A DNA stretch of 24,000 nt from Candidatus Calditenuaceae archaeon HR02 (GTDB lineage Archaea; Thermoproteota; Nitrososphaeria_A; Caldarchaeales; Calditenuaceae), in contig BEHE01000007.1 in the NCBI GenBank assembly GCA_002898395.1, positions 3,631 to 27,630 on the forward strand. The letters run 5' to 3'. The notes beneath the pieces are model-generated. The model saw only the letters and a program-made list of their open reading frames with translations, had not been told where the DNA came from and did no database searches. The translations under genes and the position numbers were made by a program. Below, one piece after another: positions 23,796-24,000 of the stretch. The stretch's first letter is position 1. Every line of letters starts with the position of its first letter.

Positions 23796-23803
23796 CTTTT
23801 ATT
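23796..23803 (+). promoter_or_regulatory. TATA-like box for the partial SIS-domain gene
   Basis: CTTTTATT centred about 28 nt upstream of the ATG at 23828. Confidence 0.4.
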
Positions 23804-23827
23804 CCACGAGTCTCTTCTCCGTGGTGA

Positions 23828-24000
23828 ATGGTGCTACTGAAGAGTAGCCTTGGATATATGAACAGTGTTATGCAAAACCTCGCGGAGATAGATCTAAACC
23901 AGGCCGCGGAGCTGTACCGGGACCTTAAGTCAGCCGGAGTTATTGTCCCACATGGAGAGGGAAGAAGTAAAGGGGCTGTAAGCATAATCTGCAGCGAGCT
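23828..24000 (+). CDS. 5' part of a SIS-domain sugar-phosphate isomerase-like gene (runs off the window)
   Basis: Hand translation gives MVLLKSSLGYMNSVMQNLAEIDLNQAAELYRDLKSAGVIVPHGEGRSKGAVSIICSE with no stop to the window end. The G-x-G-R-S motif after an N-terminal helix is typical of SIS/PHI-type proteins. The antisense track ORF 23791..23985 was rejected. Confidence 0.45.
   Translation, partial: MVLLKSSLGYMNSVMQNLAEIDLNQAAELYRDLKSAGVIVPHGEGRSKGAVSIICSE

Noticed and set aside
23791-23985. 64-aa minus-strand ORF near the window end
   Set aside because: It is antisense to a plus-strand reading frame that has a TATA-like box at -28, an ATG and a SIS-type G-x-G-R-S motif.
1-24000. Search for CRISPR arrays, IS elements, integrases, att-like direct repeats and toxin-antitoxin pairs
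   Set aside because: I saw no regularly spaced repeats, transposase or integrase motifs, or terminal inverted repeats. The window looks like core chromosome rather than an accessory island.

Overview
This is a compact, gene-dense chromosomal segment that reads as a hyperthermophilic crenarchaeon, probably Desulfurococcales-like; I cannot name the species from the sequence. Support for this: an AglB/STT3 oligosaccharyltransferase, a type-A archaeal RNase P RNA plus its Rpp21 protein subunit, a PAC2 proteasome-assembly-chaperone homologue, TATA-like boxes about 26-35 nt upstream of start codons (leaderless style), and a structured RNA that is much more GC-rich than the coding DNA. I support about 25 protein genes, mostly housekeeping: an M1 aminopeptidase with HEAT repeats, SufC, a phosphoribosyltransferase, a C69/secernin-like peptidase, an MFS transporter, dihydropteroate synthase, XdhC, a B12-type radical SAM enzyme, a RadA paralogue, AglB, PAC2 and a rhodanese. 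There is one RNase P RNA. I see no tRNA, rRNA, CRISPR array or clear mobile element. The strongest candidates for something new are: (1) a two-gene heme-copper oxidase-like operon (6472-8500). Subunit II has a complete CuA site. In subunit I the cross-linked Tyr position is a Glu (H242-x3-E246, the NOR-type FeB ligand spacing) and the second helix-X histidine is a Met. An NnrS-like membrane protein lies convergent to it. (2) A rhodanese followed by a fusion of a lysine-less GcvH-like domain and a TusA-like domain (22234-23782), a possible sulfur-relay module. (3) A large B12-domain radical SAM enzyme of unassigned function (15473-17212). (4) A 470-bp AT-rich gap (12546-13015) not explained by any gene. 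Six of the eight convergent gene junctions have zero or negative spacing, with shared or abutting stop codons. All functional calls rest on motif recognition by eye and need HMM or BLAST confirmation.
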